DNA of 64,000 nucleotides. Source: Deltaproteobacteria bacterium. Its GTDB lineage: Bacteria; Desulfobacterota; JBBIRW01. The notes under the pieces were generated by a model that saw only the letters and a list, made by a program, of their open reading frames with translations, made no database searches and was not told where the DNA came from. Shown here one piece after another: positions 9,994 to 20,726 of this stretch. Location: positions 1,707 through 65,706 of the forward strand of contig JBBIRW010000005.1 of the NCBI GenBank assembly GCA_037441565.1, in the 5' to 3' direction. Every line of letters begins with the position of its first letter. Positions within the stretch are counted from its first letter, which is position 1. Both the position numbers and the translations under genes were made by a program.

Positions 9994-11724
9994 CTATTCT
10001 ATGGAGGATTTCCTTCTCTTCCTGGCTGACATCCTTGCCCTTATAAGAGCCCTCGGATCAAATGTAATAACACCCTCTGTCTCACCATCTTCATCCTCAA
10101 CCCTTTCAATAATGCCTTCTGCCCCTTCAGTTATCCCGAACCTCAGCCTTAATACCTTCTCCTCTCTTGGTCTTAAAGAGGAAAGAGCTTTCTGGATCTT
10201 GTCTGACAGATCCTTTTTTATAACTGCATCGGAGGGAAATATAGCCTTTTCATCCTCTATAAAGTTACCAACCTGACTGTCTTCCTCATCACCTATAGGG
10301 GTCTCAAGTGAAATCGGTTTCTTGATCACCTTGAATACATTTTTAACCTTCTCCACCGGAATACCCATCTCCTTAGCTATCTCCCCAGGACTTGGTTCCC
10401 TTCCGAGTTTTTGAACGAGATCCCTTGATATCCTTATCAGTTTATTTATTGTTTCTATCATATGAACAGGTATCCTTATAGTCCTTGCCTGATCAGCAAT
10501 TGCCCTTGTTATCGCCTGTCTTATCCACCATGTTGCATATGTGCTGAATTTATAACCCCTTTTATAATCAAATTTATCAACTGCCTTCATTAATCCGATG
10601 TTGCCTTCCTGAATAAGGTCAAGAAAGTTCAATCCTCTGCCGATATACTTCTTGGCAATACTGACAACGAGCCTGAGGTTTGCCCTCACCAGGTCTGCCT
10701 TTGCAGACTGAACCTTTTCCTCCCCCTTTCTCATTTTTATATAATCGTCTTTAACCTCGCTTATCTCGGAGCCGGAAATCTCCTCGATCCTTCTTATCTT
10801 TGCCATTATCCTGGACCACCTCTCATATATCTCGGAGATTTTTTCTTCCTCAAGATTGATTACCTTTGCTGCATCCTTCGGCGTCATCCTCTTTTCCATT
10901 TTTAGAAGAACTTCCTTTAGGATATTTTCTGGAACATTACAGCTTGAAAAAATTTCTCCAAGTTCCTTTTCAAGTTCATCGATTGTCCTTCCAAAGCTCT
11001 TAAGTTTTCTATACACCTTTTGCTCCTGGACCCTTTTAAGGTTCATATCCTTAAGAAGGGTAAGGATCTCCTCCCTCAACCTCTTATATCTGTTCTCTTT
11101 CTTTTGCCTCTCACATTCCTTTTTTATCTTTCCTTTCAACTCTTGCTCCAGCTCCGTTTTTCTTCTCCACATCCTCTTAAGCCTTCTCAGAAGGGAGAAA
11201 AATTCCCTCTTCTTTTGCTCCGCTCTAACCTTATTTTTTACATTTACACCTTCAATAATATCCTCAATCCCTATCTTCCCTTTCCTTAACCGCTCTTCAA
11301 GCTTCAAAACTTCCTTTACAGCAAGTGATGAGGATAAAACCGTCTCCCTTATCTCTTCCTCGCCCTCCTCTATCCTCTTTGAGATTTCAACCTCCTGTTC
11401 CGGTGTAAGGAGTGAAACCTTTCCTATCTCTTTTAGGTAAAGCCTTACAGGGTCCTCGAGTTCCGCTGTTTCGATCTCGAACTCCTCCTCAAACTCCGCA
11501 GATAGAAAGGGTTCAGCCTCCTCAGGTGCGCTAACAACCTCTATGTCCATATCCTCCACAATCCCAAGGATATCCTCTATCTGGTCCGGATAGATCATAT
11601 CAGGCGGAAGCACCTCATTTAGTTCGTCATAGGTCAAAAAACCCTTTTCTCTTCCGCATTCAATGAGTCTCCTCATTTCCCTATCTCTTACTTTTCTCAT
11701 TGGACAAAACCCCCTCTTTTTCAA
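9994..11724 (-). CDS. rpoD: RNA polymerase sigma-70 factor RpoD, with atypical C-terminal region 4.2
   Basis: Region 1.1 [12 protein letters not shown], an acidic non-conserved insert, region 2 [37 protein letters not shown], region 3, and region 4.1 [12 protein letters not shown]. The 5' 44 nt overlap the upstream GHMP kinase gene, so the true start is probably an internal Met ([14 protein letters not shown]...). Confidence 0.9.
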   Translation of the reverse strand: MKKRGFCPMRKVRDREMRRLIECGREKGFLTYDELNEVLPPDMIYPDQIEDILGIVEDMDIEVVSAPEEAEPFLSAEFEEEFEIETAELEDPVRLYLKEIGKVSLLTPEQEVEISKRIEEGEEEIRETVLSSSLAVKEVLKLEERLRKGKIGIEDIIEGVNVKNKVRAEQKKREFFSLLRRLKRMWRRKTELEQELKGKIKKECERQKKENRYKRLREEILTLLKDMNLKRVQEQKVYRKLKSFGRTIDELEKELGEIFSSCNVPENILKEVLLKMEKRMTPKDAAKVINLEEEKISEIYERWSRIMAKIRRIEEISGSEISEVKDDYIKMRKGEEKVQSAKADLVRANLRLVVSIAKKYIGRGLNFLDLIQEGNIGLMKAVDKFDYKRGYKFSTYATWWIRQAITRAIADQARTIRIPVHMIETINKLIRISRDLVQKLGREPSPGEIAKEMGIPVEKVKNVFKVIKKPISLETPIGDEEDSQVGNFIEDEKAIFPSDAVIKKDLSDKIQKALSSLRPREEKVLRLRFGITEGAEGIIERVEDEDGETEGVITFDPRALIRARMSARKRRKSSIE

Positions 11725-12718
11725 AAACCTTTACACCTTCACCTACAAATTTGTATCTTAGTATTTTAAATCCTTCTTCCTGGAGTTTTCCCATTACGTT
11801 ATCAACCCTATCCTCCTCAGCAAGTGTTATCATACAACCTCCACCTCCAGCACCACAGAGTTTTCCACCAATTGCACCATTTCTTTTTATCTTCTCCATA
11901 AAATCTTCTATCCAGTCAACGCTGATCCCCTTTACCAGACCCCTCCTGATTTTCCACTCCTCATCCATCAATCTCCCAACCTCATCAAGTTTGCCCTCCC
12001 TCAATACCCTGACCATCTCCATTGTTATAAACTTGATATTTTTGAGACCCTCCCTGATCCCTTTTCTTCCATCGATATAATACTTAATAATCTTCCAGTT
12101 AATTTCCGCAGAATCATGGCTAACATCCGTATAAGAGAGTATAAGCCTTCTGTTAAGTGAAGATATTATTGTATCACTTAAATGAAGTCCTTCCCTTCTT
12201 TCCCCGTCAGGTGTGTGGTAAATGAGGTTAAAGCCACCATATACAGAGGCAAAATAATCTTGCGTTCCAACAGGTATTTTAAGGAGTCGGGTTTCAACAA
12301 TAGAAGCCCTCCGTATGATGCTGCTGCAATCTAATGCCTCGCCCCTTGCCTTCATCAGTCCTGTTATAAGTGAAACAAGCAGAGATGATGATGCACCAAG
12401 ACCGGATCCAGTGGGCGCATCATTCCTGATCAGAATCTCAAAATCCCATGGAGGTTGAAAGGCCTTAATAGCTTCAACTACAAGTTCAAAGCCTGCCTTT
12501 TTTCCTAGCTCATTGATGTCCTTTCCTTCAATGAATCGACCGTCACCCCAAGAGATTATTTTAAAGCCCTTCTCACTCCTCTTCAAAATCCTGACTGTGC
12601 TCCATATACTTATACTGCTATTAAGGGTGATCCCTTCTTCAATAATATTTATTGGATAAAGGTCCAGGCTTCCGCCCGAAAAGTCAATTCTGTTGGGTGA
12701 AAGCGAGTATATCTCCAT
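11681..12718 (-). CDS. GHMP-family sugar kinase (HddA / heptose-7-phosphate kinase-like)
   Basis: GHMP motif [19 protein letters not shown] and a C-terminal [13 protein letters not shown]. Confidence 0.7.
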   Translation of the reverse strand: MEIYSLSPNRIDFSGGSLDLYPINIIEEGITLNSSISIWSTVRILKRSEKGFKIISWGDGRFIEGKDINELGKKAGFELVVEAIKAFQPPWDFEILIRNDAPTGSGLGASSSLLVSLITGLMKARGEALDCSSIIRRASIVETRLLKIPVGTQDYFASVYGGFNLIYHTPDGERREGLHLSDTIISSLNRRLILSYTDVSHDSAEINWKIIKYYIDGRKGIREGLKNIKFITMEMVRVLREGKLDEVGRLMDEEWKIRRGLVKGISVDWIEDFMEKIKRNGAIGGKLCGAGGGGCMITLAEEDRVDNVMGKLQEEGFKILRYKFVGEGVKVFEKEGVLSNEKSKR

Positions 12719-12784
12719 TTTTCGAAAAAAGATCTGGTAAGATGGGTCCCCCGCCCCTCCTCATCTGTTATCTTTTAGACTCTT

Positions 12785-13288
12785 TCAGGATGAATCCTTT
12801 TTCAGATATTTTCTTTCCACTTCTTTCAGGAAGTCATCGATCCATCTATCTGAATCACCACTTCCTTTATCGGGAACGCTTATCGTTCCCGCAGTCTCCA
12901 TGACTTTTCGGGTTACATAAATGGGGGCTTTAAATTTAAGGGCAATAGCAATAGAATCACTCGGTCTCGCATCGATTACTATCTGCTTCCCATTGTGCTC
13001 CAGGGATAAGGATGCATAATAAGTATTGTCCCGCAGATCCTCCACAACTACCTTCTGCACCTTTGCATAAAGAGCCTCTATGATGGATCTGATTAAATCA
13101 TGTGTCATAGGCCTTGGGGCAACCGAATTCGTCATCTCCATAGCAATCGCCTTTGCTTCAAATGGACCGATCCATATAGGAAGGACACGCTTTCCATGGC
13201 ATTCCTCGAGCATAACTATCCACATCTCGGATAGCTTATCATGCACAAGACCTGCTACCTTAACCTCTATTTCTTTTATCTCATCCAT
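12785..13288 (-). CDS. Bifunctional nuclease (BFN/DUF151) domain protein
   Basis: VLPIWIGPFEAKAIAMEM...RPMTHDL core. A C-terminal UVR-like tail. Confidence 0.65.
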   Translation of the reverse strand: MDEIKEIEVKVAGLVHDKLSEMWIVMLEECHGKRVLPIWIGPFEAKAIAMEMTNSVAPRPMTHDLIRSIIEALYAKVQKVVVEDLRDNTYYASLSLEHNGKQIVIDARPSDSIAIALKFKAPIYVTRKVMETAGTISVPDKGSGDSDRWIDDFLKEVERKYLKKDSS

Positions 13289-13395
13289 GACGCACTTATT
13301 ATAGTGATAAAAAAGACCTCTTTCAAGGGAAACAGGAAATTTTTACCCCCCATTTTCTTTATCCCGGTAAATTATTCAATAGCCCTGCTCCGGAA

Positions 13396-13560
13396 TATCA
13401 GCTCTTCTTTGAAGTCTTTGCATAAAAGCTTCCTAACTGGACCTTGATGTTCTCACCGTTGCATTTGGGACACCTTATCTTCGCCTCTTCCCTCTCCTTA
13501 AGGCTCATAACAAGTATAAACTCTTCACCGCAATTCATACATTTGAATTCATAAGTTGGC
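13396..13560 (-). CDS. FmdB-family zinc-ribbon regulatory protein (54 aa)
   Basis: Not in the ORF track because it is under 60 aa. It reads MPTYEFKCMNCGEEFILVMSLKEREEAKIRCPKCNGENIKVQ..., the classic YxFxCxxCG...CPxCG FmdB pattern. Confidence 0.6.
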
Positions 13561-13661
13561 ATACCGACCTCCTCTCTTTTTTTGAAGATAAGGAAAACCC
13601 TTTCCCAATATTAAATTACAGATATTTTATTCAGATTGCAAATCAAGATTTCTGTGAAAAA

Positions 13662-15386
13662 TCAACATGGCGGAATAGTCCCGCATGTGAGAACCTGCTC
13701 GGCCCTGGAACTGCTCCTGAAAACCGTTACACCTTTGCACCCAAGCTCATAGGCAAGCAGGAAACACCTCCTCACATCCTCTCTCGTTGCACCCTCCGGC
13801 AGATTTATTGTTTTTGATACAGCACTATCAATATACTTCTGAAACGCAGCCTGCATCCTTACGTGAACTTCTGGTGATATTTCAACTGCTGTCCTGAACA
13901 ATCTCTTTATCCTCTCCGGAATACCTTTTATATCACAAATTGTTCCTTTTCTGTTTATCTCATCCATGAGTGCATCGGAGTAAAAACCTTCATTTTTAGC
14001 GATCTCCATAAAATGTCTATTTTCCTCTATCAGTTTTTCATCGTCAAGAACACGCCTCAGATAAACTATACCAAATATCGGCTCGATACCACTACTGCAT
14101 CCCGCAATGATGCTCAGTGTTCCCGTTGGAGCAACTGTTATAAGGGTTGCATTCCTTAAAACCCTCTTACCATAAAATATGCTCTTCTTTATGTTGGGGA
14201 ATGGACCCCTTTCCCTTGCAAGCCTTTCTGATTCATCATAAGCTATCTTTCTGATAAATCCCATAACCCTTTCAGCAATTCCGATAGCCTCCTCGGAATC
14301 ATATGGTATTCCGAGCTGTATTAGCATATCAGCAAACCCCATAACACCGAGTCCTATCTTTCTGTTATCTTTTGTCATCCTCTCAATCTGTTTTATTGGA
14401 TATACATTCATGTCTATTACATTGTCCAGAAATCTCACGGCAACCCTTACTACATGTTCAAGTCTGTCATAGTCCAGCTCTTTCTTTTTTTCGGAAGTTC
14501 TTACGAATTGCGAAAGATTTATCGAACCGAGATTACATGACTCCCATGGAAGAAGGGGTTGTTCACCACATGGGTTTGTTGCCTCTATATATCCAAGTGC
14601 AGGAAGTGTATTCCCCCTGTTAATCGTATCCAGAAACAGAACCCCGGGGTCTCCCACATCCCATGCCGCATCAACAATGAGTTCAAATATTTCCCTCGCC
14701 CTTACCTTTTTCACCTTCCTTCCATCCCTTGGATTTATCAGATAGAAGAGCCGATCTTCCTCAACACACCTCATAAATTTATCCGTTATGCCAACTGAAA
14801 GATTGAAATTAACAAACTCTCCCCTCTTTCTTTTACAATTTATAAACTCTTCTATATCAGGATGATCACAGCGCAACACCCCCATATTCGCTCCCCTTCT
14901 CGTTCCTCCCTGCTTTATCACCTCAGTTGCCATATTGAAGATCCTCATGAATGATACTGGACCGCTTGCAATACCATGGGTGCTCTGGACAACATCACCC
15001 TTTGGTCGAAGGCGGCTGAAGGAAAAGCCTGTTCCTCCTCCGCTCTGATGTATAAGGGCAGTTGCCTTCAGGGCATCGAAGATCGATTCCAGGGAATCTT
15101 CGATGGGAATAACAAAGCATGCAGAGAGTTGCTGCAGCTCCCTGCCTGCATTCATAAGGGTTGGAGAATTTGGAAGAAAATCGAGTGATGACATAATTGT
15201 GAAGAATTCCTTCCTTATCTCCCTCTCCTTCCTTCCATCACCATAAAGGAGCTCAGCCTTCGCAATATTCCTGGCAACTCTGTCAAACATCGCATCCACA
15301 CTCTCCACTACTTTTCCCTTGGGGTCCTTCTTAAGGTATCTCTTCTCAAGAACTATCCTTGCATTCTTTGTGAGATATGCTGACAT
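13662..15386 (-). CDS. nrdJ: Adenosylcobalamin-dependent ribonucleotide reductase (class II, NrdJ-like)
   Basis: 574 aa. N-terminal [12 protein letters not shown], catalytic NPCGEQPL, a ten-stranded-barrel region, and a C-terminal Cys pair CGTIPPC. Confidence 0.8.
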   Translation of the reverse strand: MSAYLTKNARIVLEKRYLKKDPKGKVVESVDAMFDRVARNIAKAELLYGDGRKEREIRKEFFTIMSSLDFLPNSPTLMNAGRELQQLSACFVIPIEDSLESIFDALKATALIHQSGGGTGFSFSRLRPKGDVVQSTHGIASGPVSFMRIFNMATEVIKQGGTRRGANMGVLRCDHPDIEEFINCKRKRGEFVNFNLSVGITDKFMRCVEEDRLFYLINPRDGRKVKKVRAREIFELIVDAAWDVGDPGVLFLDTINRGNTLPALGYIEATNPCGEQPLLPWESCNLGSINLSQFVRTSEKKKELDYDRLEHVVRVAVRFLDNVIDMNVYPIKQIERMTKDNRKIGLGVMGFADMLIQLGIPYDSEEAIGIAERVMGFIRKIAYDESERLARERGPFPNIKKSIFYGKRVLRNATLITVAPTGTLSIIAGCSSGIEPIFGIVYLRRVLDDEKLIEENRHFMEIAKNEGFYSDALMDEINRKGTICDIKGIPERIKRLFRTAVEISPEVHVRMQAAFQKYIDSAVSKTINLPEGATREDVRRCFLLAYELGCKGVTVFRSSSRAEQVLTCGTIPPC

Positions 15387-15436
15387 GATTATTTATAATC
15401 TATCAGAGCAGAAAAGGGGAGTCAAACAGCAGTAAC

Positions 15437-16276
15437 TCAAATGGTTGCTGGTAAAACTTCTGCGACACCATTTTTTACAATCCTCCTGCCATCCCTTTCT
15501 ACCTCAATATGCAATATCTCCACTTTTTCCAAGGTCTCACCTCTCCATGCAAGCATTCTTAAAAAATCACCCGGGAATACGGGATTAGAAAATTCAACCT
15601 TCAGTCTCTTTAACCTGTATGGTTCTGAGTCCAGATACTCATCAATTATCGCCCTTGCCACAAATGACATTGTGCAGAGCCCATGCAGGATTGGCTCACG
15701 AAAACCAGCAGATCTTGCAAAATCTCTATCAAGATGTACAGGATTTCTGTCCCCTGATGCCTCTGCATACCACTTTGCCTGCTCTTCATAAACAGGAATA
15801 ATCTCATCAATAACACATTGTCTCTCATCCTTGTTACTTATCCTGAATAATTCCCTCCGCTCCTTCCTTTCATAGACTCCCTTCCTTACTATAAAAATTC
15901 CTTCCTCCTCAAGAACAGCATCACCTTTCTGATTCCAGCAGTTAACCCGAATGCATATTAAATCCATATTTTTCAACTGACCGATTTCCTTAATGTATGC
16001 CCTTGATGTTATAGTATCCCCTATCCTTACTTCACTGAGGAATCGCATATCATGTGCCCAATGAAGAAGCCTTATCAGGTCTATATCTAACTCCGGATCC
16101 CTGATGGGATCTGCAATCGATCCTCCAGAATACACAACCCCAAACATGGGCGGGACCATAACAGGTCTTTCGTCTATCTCTTTAAAATATCTTGGATTGT
16201 AATCATTCGTTGCGATGGCAAACCGCGTTGTATCCTCGAATCTAATCACAAATTTCCGCTCGGGATATATCTTCAT
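15437..16276 (-). CDS. MaoC-like double hot-dog dehydratase
   Basis: 279 aa with two hot-dog halves. The second half carries the hydratase motif DRNPVHLD. Confidence 0.7.
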   Translation of the reverse strand: MKIYPERKFVIRFEDTTRFAIATNDYNPRYFKEIDERPVMVPPMFGVVYSGGSIADPIRDPELDIDLIRLLHWAHDMRFLSEVRIGDTITSRAYIKEIGQLKNMDLICIRVNCWNQKGDAVLEEEGIFIVRKGVYERKERRELFRISNKDERQCVIDEIIPVYEEQAKWYAEASGDRNPVHLDRDFARSAGFREPILHGLCTMSFVARAIIDEYLDSEPYRLKRLKVEFSNPVFPGDFLRMLAWRGETLEKVEILHIEVERDGRRIVKNGVAEVLPATI

Positions 16277-16330
16277 TGGGAAATTCCCTGTTATGATCCA
16301 CCTCTCATCTTTAGAAAGTATAGATGATCA

Positions 16331-16729
16331 CTAAAAGCCCATCGCCCTTCTCAACTCATCAGGGACTACAATCTTCTGACCTTTCTCGTAATCGTACATC
16401 ACCTGAACAGTCTCAGCAGTTGCAACAAGCCTTCCTGTATTCTTCTCCCTTACCTCGTAATACAATCTGAAACTTGAATTTCCCACTGATGACACCCTGA
16501 CACCCACTTCCAGTTCATCACCAAAAAATGCAGGCGATTTATAATCTATAGATGCACTTGCAAGGATAAAATTAAGACCTTTAAGTCCCCTCTGCTTTGT
16601 CAAATGTTCCCAGAAGGCAATCCTCGCAGATTCAAGATATGTAAGGTAAGTAGCATTATTTACATGCCCAAAATAATCGAGATCCCTGAAGATTACTTTT
16701 ACTGGAAAGGTAAATTGAAAGCCATCCAT
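16331..16729 (-). CDS. Acyl-CoA thioesterase (4HBT/YbgC family)
   Basis: 132 aa. DYFGHVNNATY motif of 4HBT hot-dog thioesterases. Confidence 0.75.
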   Translation of the reverse strand: MDGFQFTFPVKVIFRDLDYFGHVNNATYLTYLESARIAFWEHLTKQRGLKGLNFILASASIDYKSPAFFGDELEVGVRVSSVGNSSFRLYYEVREKNTGRLVATAETVQVMYDYEKGQKIVVPDELRRAMGF

Positions 16730-16742
16730 CTAAAGCCCTCCA

Positions 16743-17423
16743 TCAATTATGAGGTTTTCTTCCAGAACCTTTGTTTAAGATCCTGAGGACCCTATTACAA
16801 AATTCATTAAGATTTTTTACCACATGATCTCCGGACTCAATCCCTCTTCTTTCAAGAAGATATGCATTTATACCAATACGTGAGGGTATAAGATAATCAA
16901 ATTCCCTGTGGTCTCCGACATGTACTATCTCATGCGGCATGCATTTTATTTGCTTAAGTATATTCAAATAAAATCCCGGGTCATTTTTCACCGTTTTAAA
17001 GTCAGATGTCGCAGAGAAGATATTGAAGAAATATTCTCTTATACCTGTCTCCTCGAGTTCTATATCTATAAACTCCCTCATGGCATTAGAGGTAAGTATG
17101 AGCGGTGCCACAGAAGAGAGTTCCTTAAGCACGTCTCTTGCCTCTGGAAATATCCTTACCTCCTTCCTGTATTTATAAAGCAGATCTTTCCAGTTATAAT
17201 TTAGACCGAAAAATTTCAACCAGTAATCAAGGTCATACCATTCGATTCGATTATCGCTCATCTTCTCATATTCCTTGGATATATAACTGAGGGCATCTTC
17301 GAATTTAATACCATTCTTTTGAGCCAGAAGCTCTGCCACGCCATCATACCATACCTTTATGTTGAAGCTAAAATCTACTATTGTTCCATCAAGATCAAAT
17401 GATATATACCTTATCAAGGACAC
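16743..17423 (-). CDS. HAD-family hydrolase
   Basis: Motif I ISFDLDGTIVD, motif II LTSN, and motif IV GDHREFD. Confidence 0.7.
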   Translation of the reverse strand: MSLIRYISFDLDGTIVDFSFNIKVWYDGVAELLAQKNGIKFEDALSYISKEYEKMSDNRIEWYDLDYWLKFFGLNYNWKDLLYKYRKEVRIFPEARDVLKELSSVAPLILTSNAMREFIDIELEETGIREYFFNIFSATSDFKTVKNDPGFYLNILKQIKCMPHEIVHVGDHREFDYLIPSRIGINAYLLERRGIESGDHVVKNLNEFCNRVLRILNKGSGRKPHN

Positions 17424-17540
17424 CCCTCAGTCTGCCGACATTGAAAAATCTGTTTTCTGCTGGTAAATTTAAATATATAACACAACAGGAAGAAGTCAAT
17501 TCATCTTATAAGTTTATTAAGTTTGAAGGGGTAAATCTCC

Positions 17541-17984
17541 ATGAAAAGCGGTAGAAGTATAGATGAAATTCAGGTCGGGCAAAAGGCGTCCTTTTCGAGA
17601 ACATTCTGTGAAGCTGATGTGGCATTATTTGAGACTGTAACCTGGGATTTCAATCCTTTCCACACCAATGAGCTCTTCGCAAAAAAGAGCATCTTTTCCA
17701 GAAGGATCGTCCATGGATTGCTTACAGCAAGTATGGTTACGCATTTTGGAGGAAATCTTTTTCCAGGACCAGGATTTCTCGCCACAGAGATGCACTTTAA
17801 ATTTCTGGCACCTGTTTATATCGGAGATACAATTACTGCGCATGCAGAGATTACTGAGGTGAACAGGGAGAGAAAAAGAGTAAAGTTTCAGATGAGATGC
17901 TTTAATGAAGAGGGTAAAGAGGTGCTTCAAGCAGAGGTAACAGGTATTCCTACCTCAATTGATATACCCATTCCTTCGGAGTAA
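17541..17984 (+). CDS. MaoC-like (R)-specific enoyl-CoA hydratase (single hot-dog)
   Basis: 147 aa, DFNPFHTNE...HGLL motif. Confidence 0.8.
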   Translation: MKSGRSIDEIQVGQKASFSRTFCEADVALFETVTWDFNPFHTNELFAKKSIFSRRIVHGLLTASMVTHFGGNLFPGPGFLATEMHFKFLAPVYIGDTITAHAEITEVNRERKRVKFQMRCFNEEGKEVLQAEVTGIPTSIDIPIPSE

Positions 17985-17989
17985 GAGTT

Positions 17990-18961
17990 ATGGAAATAGA
18001 CGGAATCCATCTTTTAAGGATATCAACGCCTTTTCTTGTAGGTAATGTCAATACTTATTTAATAGTGTCTCCTGAGCCTACACTTATTGATGTTCCTCCT
18101 AATGACGAAATTTATATAAAAGAGCTTGAGGAGGCATTAAGAGAGAAAGGCTACCTGATAAAAGATATAAGAAGGATAATCATAACCCATCCCCACTTTG
18201 ACCACTTTGGTTCAGTTGCGAGGATTGTTGAGAAAAGTGGGGCAGAAGTATGTATATCCAGTGAGGGAGCAAGATGGCTTGAGGATTTCGAAAAAGAATT
18301 CATCGATGATGACCTCTTCTACAGGGACTTTCTTAAAAAGGCAGGGGTACCTCCCAGAATGGCAGAGTATTCAAGTAAACTTTACAACCGTGCAAAGAGG
18401 TTTGGATGTCAGGCAAGAGTATCAAAACATCTCACTGAAGGTGACAGAATAGCACTTTCATCAGGAAAGCTTGAAGTAATAAGCCTGCCCGGTCATACAC
18501 CATGGTGTATTGGTCTTTATGAATCTCAGAAGGGGATACTCTTTACAGGTGATTTTCTACTAAAAGAGATCTCCTCAAATGCCCTTTTGCAGAGACCATG
18601 GGTAGTTCCCTCTGGCTACAAGAGCCTGAAGGCATACATATCTTCGCTCAATAAGGCAAATGCATTAAATATTAAATTTGCCCTTCCAGGGCATGGAGAG
18701 ATTATAGAAAATCCTGTTGAAAGGATAGAAGAACTGCTCTTTTTTATTCCCAGAAGAAAACAGGCTATTTCTCAGATATTAAAAAGAAACGGAAAGATTA
18801 CTCCTTACGAGATAATGCTCCAGCTATTCCCCAACCTTCCTGATGAACAACTCTTCCTTGGTATCTCAGAGGTAATGGGGTACCTGGAGCTCCTTGAAGA
18901 TGAAGGCTCAGCTCGAAAAATAGAAAAGGGGTTAATTTACTTCTTACCCATCACCCCTTAG
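17990..18961 (+). CDS. MBL-fold metallo-hydrolase
   Basis: HPHFDHFG metal-binding motif. Downstream His and Asp ligands. Confidence 0.8.
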   Translation: MEIDGIHLLRISTPFLVGNVNTYLIVSPEPTLIDVPPNDEIYIKELEEALREKGYLIKDIRRIIITHPHFDHFGSVARIVEKSGAEVCISSEGARWLEDFEKEFIDDDLFYRDFLKKAGVPPRMAEYSSKLYNRAKRFGCQARVSKHLTEGDRIALSSGKLEVISLPGHTPWCIGLYESQKGILFTGDFLLKEISSNALLQRPWVVPSGYKSLKAYISSLNKANALNIKFALPGHGEIIENPVERIEELLFFIPRRKQAISQILKRNGKITPYEIMLQLFPNLPDEQLFLGISEVMGYLELLEDEGSARKIEKGLIYFLPITP

Positions 18962-19373
18962 GTCTTTTATCTGTCATCCGTGCAAAGGCAAGAAGGATAT
19001 CCCTGTCCGTTATGATCCCTACGAGTTCTCCCCTTGATACAACAGGCAAACAACCTATCTTCTTTTCAACGAGCATCTCAGCAGCCTCTGCTATGGGTGT
19101 TAGTGGAGTAACAGTAAAAGGGTCCCTCGTCATTATCCCCTCAATTTTCAAGTTATCAAGAAGTTCTATAATCTCTTTGACCTCCACTGAAATGAGCTTT
19201 GATGCAAGGGAATGCCTTACATCCCTGTCAGTCACAACACCAATGAGCTTTTTCCCCTCAACAACAGGAAGATGCCTTATCTGATGTCTATCCATGAGCT
19301 CCCTTGCTGTTTTTGCGGTGTCCTTCGGTGATATTGTTATTACCTTTGTTTGCATAATGTCTTTGACAAACAT
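18951..19373 (-). CDS. CBS-domain pair protein
   Basis: 140 aa, two CBS repeats (IRHLPVV..., IGCLPVV...). Confidence 0.8.
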   Translation of the reverse strand: MFVKDIMQTKVITISPKDTAKTARELMDRHQIRHLPVVEGKKLIGVVTDRDVRHSLASKLISVEVKEIIELLDNLKIEGIMTRDPFTVTPLTPIAEAAEMLVEKKIGCLPVVSRGELVGIITDRDILLAFARMTDKRPKG

Positions 19374-19376
19374 ACC

Positions 19377-20708
19377 TCACCTTTTTTTATCATTTTTTGC
19401 CCCTTTCATCCATTCATCCGGATTTTTAGGAAATACTTCCTCAACCCTCTTGTCAGTAATAAAAATCTTATCCTTTTTCCTGCTTGTCCAAACATAGATT
19501 TTGTCCTTATTTAGGGGATTTCCAATTGATAATATTACAGACTCATCGCTCCCATCAACATGAAAAATCGCCCTCAGGGATCTATCGGATATGCCGTATT
19601 TCTCAAGACTTTTCGGATTATCTACGATATCATCTGCCTTCCACCCCTTTAGTCTGACGATAAATGCTGAAACCCTCCCTTCATCGGCATCACCCTGTGA
19701 TCGAGATACAATTTTCCACCTTTCTCCTTCTTTCTTTACTTCTATCTTTCCATACCCCTTTACAATCTCGATCGATCTAATCCTTTCGGGGTCAAGATCA
19801 AAAATCCTTCTGTTTCTGAAATCAATTGCCCTTTTTGCTGCATCATTCCACGCTCCCTCCTCTACCCTTACAACCTCCCCCTTGTCCCTTAAAGCCGCAT
19901 AAACCCTCTTACCCTTCCTTGCCATAATGAGGTGTTTCTTCTCCCCATTTTTCAGTCCAATCTCAATCTCAAGACCTGGCCTGTCAAGTGCTGCTTCCTT
20001 CATGGAGATACCAGGATACTCCACCGCCCTTATCCCTCCAACCCTATAGATATAACTGAAAACCTCCTCCCTCTCCGCCCTCTCCTTTATAGGATGGACA
20101 AGCTCCCATTCATCACCCTTCCTCTCAACCAACACCCTTCCCTGTGGACCTTTAATCTTTATGCTCTCAATGTCCTTCTCCTTAAGTAGCAGGAGCCTCT
20201 TTTCCCTCCAGTCCTGAGGTCTTTTCCTTATGTACTGCTCAATACCTGCTTCAACGAGAACAATCCTACCCTCATCCCCCCTCATCACATAAACGCTGTA
20301 ACCAACAGGACTCCTCTTTCCTATCCTGAGTTCGATGGCTGAATCCTTTCCCATATTAAGCTTTATTCTTCCCTGCGGCTCATCCAGTCCATAATACGAT
20401 CGATTCTCTCCCTTCTCATCAACAACCTTCTTCACTGTCATAAGCTTCATTGTCGTTAACAGATCAGCAACAACTTCACCATCCGCCGTAGCATCGATCG
20501 GATCCGTAATCCTCCATGATTCACCCTCCCTCCTGAGCCTTATTCTTTCCTTTCCTGACTCAATGTCAACAGAATCTATCTTCTCCCAGATCAAATCAAA
20601 AAGCCTCTCTTCCTTTGCTGCTTTCTCCTTCTTTTCATAAATGAGGTAGTAGCTTAAAAGTAACAAAAAGACGAGCAGAACAGCTCCAATTTTCCAGATC
20701 CTCATCAA
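19377..20708 (-). CDS. DUF4340-like periplasmic protein, distal member of the GldG-type ABC operon
   Basis: 443 aa with an N-terminal TM anchor and repetitive beta-rich domains. It sits last in the ATPase-permease-GldG gene order. Confidence 0.5.
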   Translation of the reverse strand: MMRIWKIGAVLLVFLLLLSYYLIYEKKEKAAKEERLFDLIWEKIDSVDIESGKERIRLRREGESWRITDPIDATADGEVVADLLTTMKLMTVKKVVDEKGENRSYYGLDEPQGRIKLNMGKDSAIELRIGKRSPVGYSVYVMRGDEGRIVLVEAGIEQYIRKRPQDWREKRLLLLKEKDIESIKIKGPQGRVLVERKGDEWELVHPIKERAEREEVFSYIYRVGGIRAVEYPGISMKEAALDRPGLEIEIGLKNGEKKHLIMARKGKRVYAALRDKGEVVRVEEGAWNDAAKRAIDFRNRRIFDLDPERIRSIEIVKGYGKIEVKKEGERWKIVSRSQGDADEGRVSAFIVRLKGWKADDIVDNPKSLEKYGISDRSLRAIFHVDGSDESVILSIGNPLNKDKIYVWTSRKKDKIFITDKRVEEVFPKNPDEWMKGAKNDKKR

Positions 20709-20726
20709 CCCATCCCCCTGATTTTC

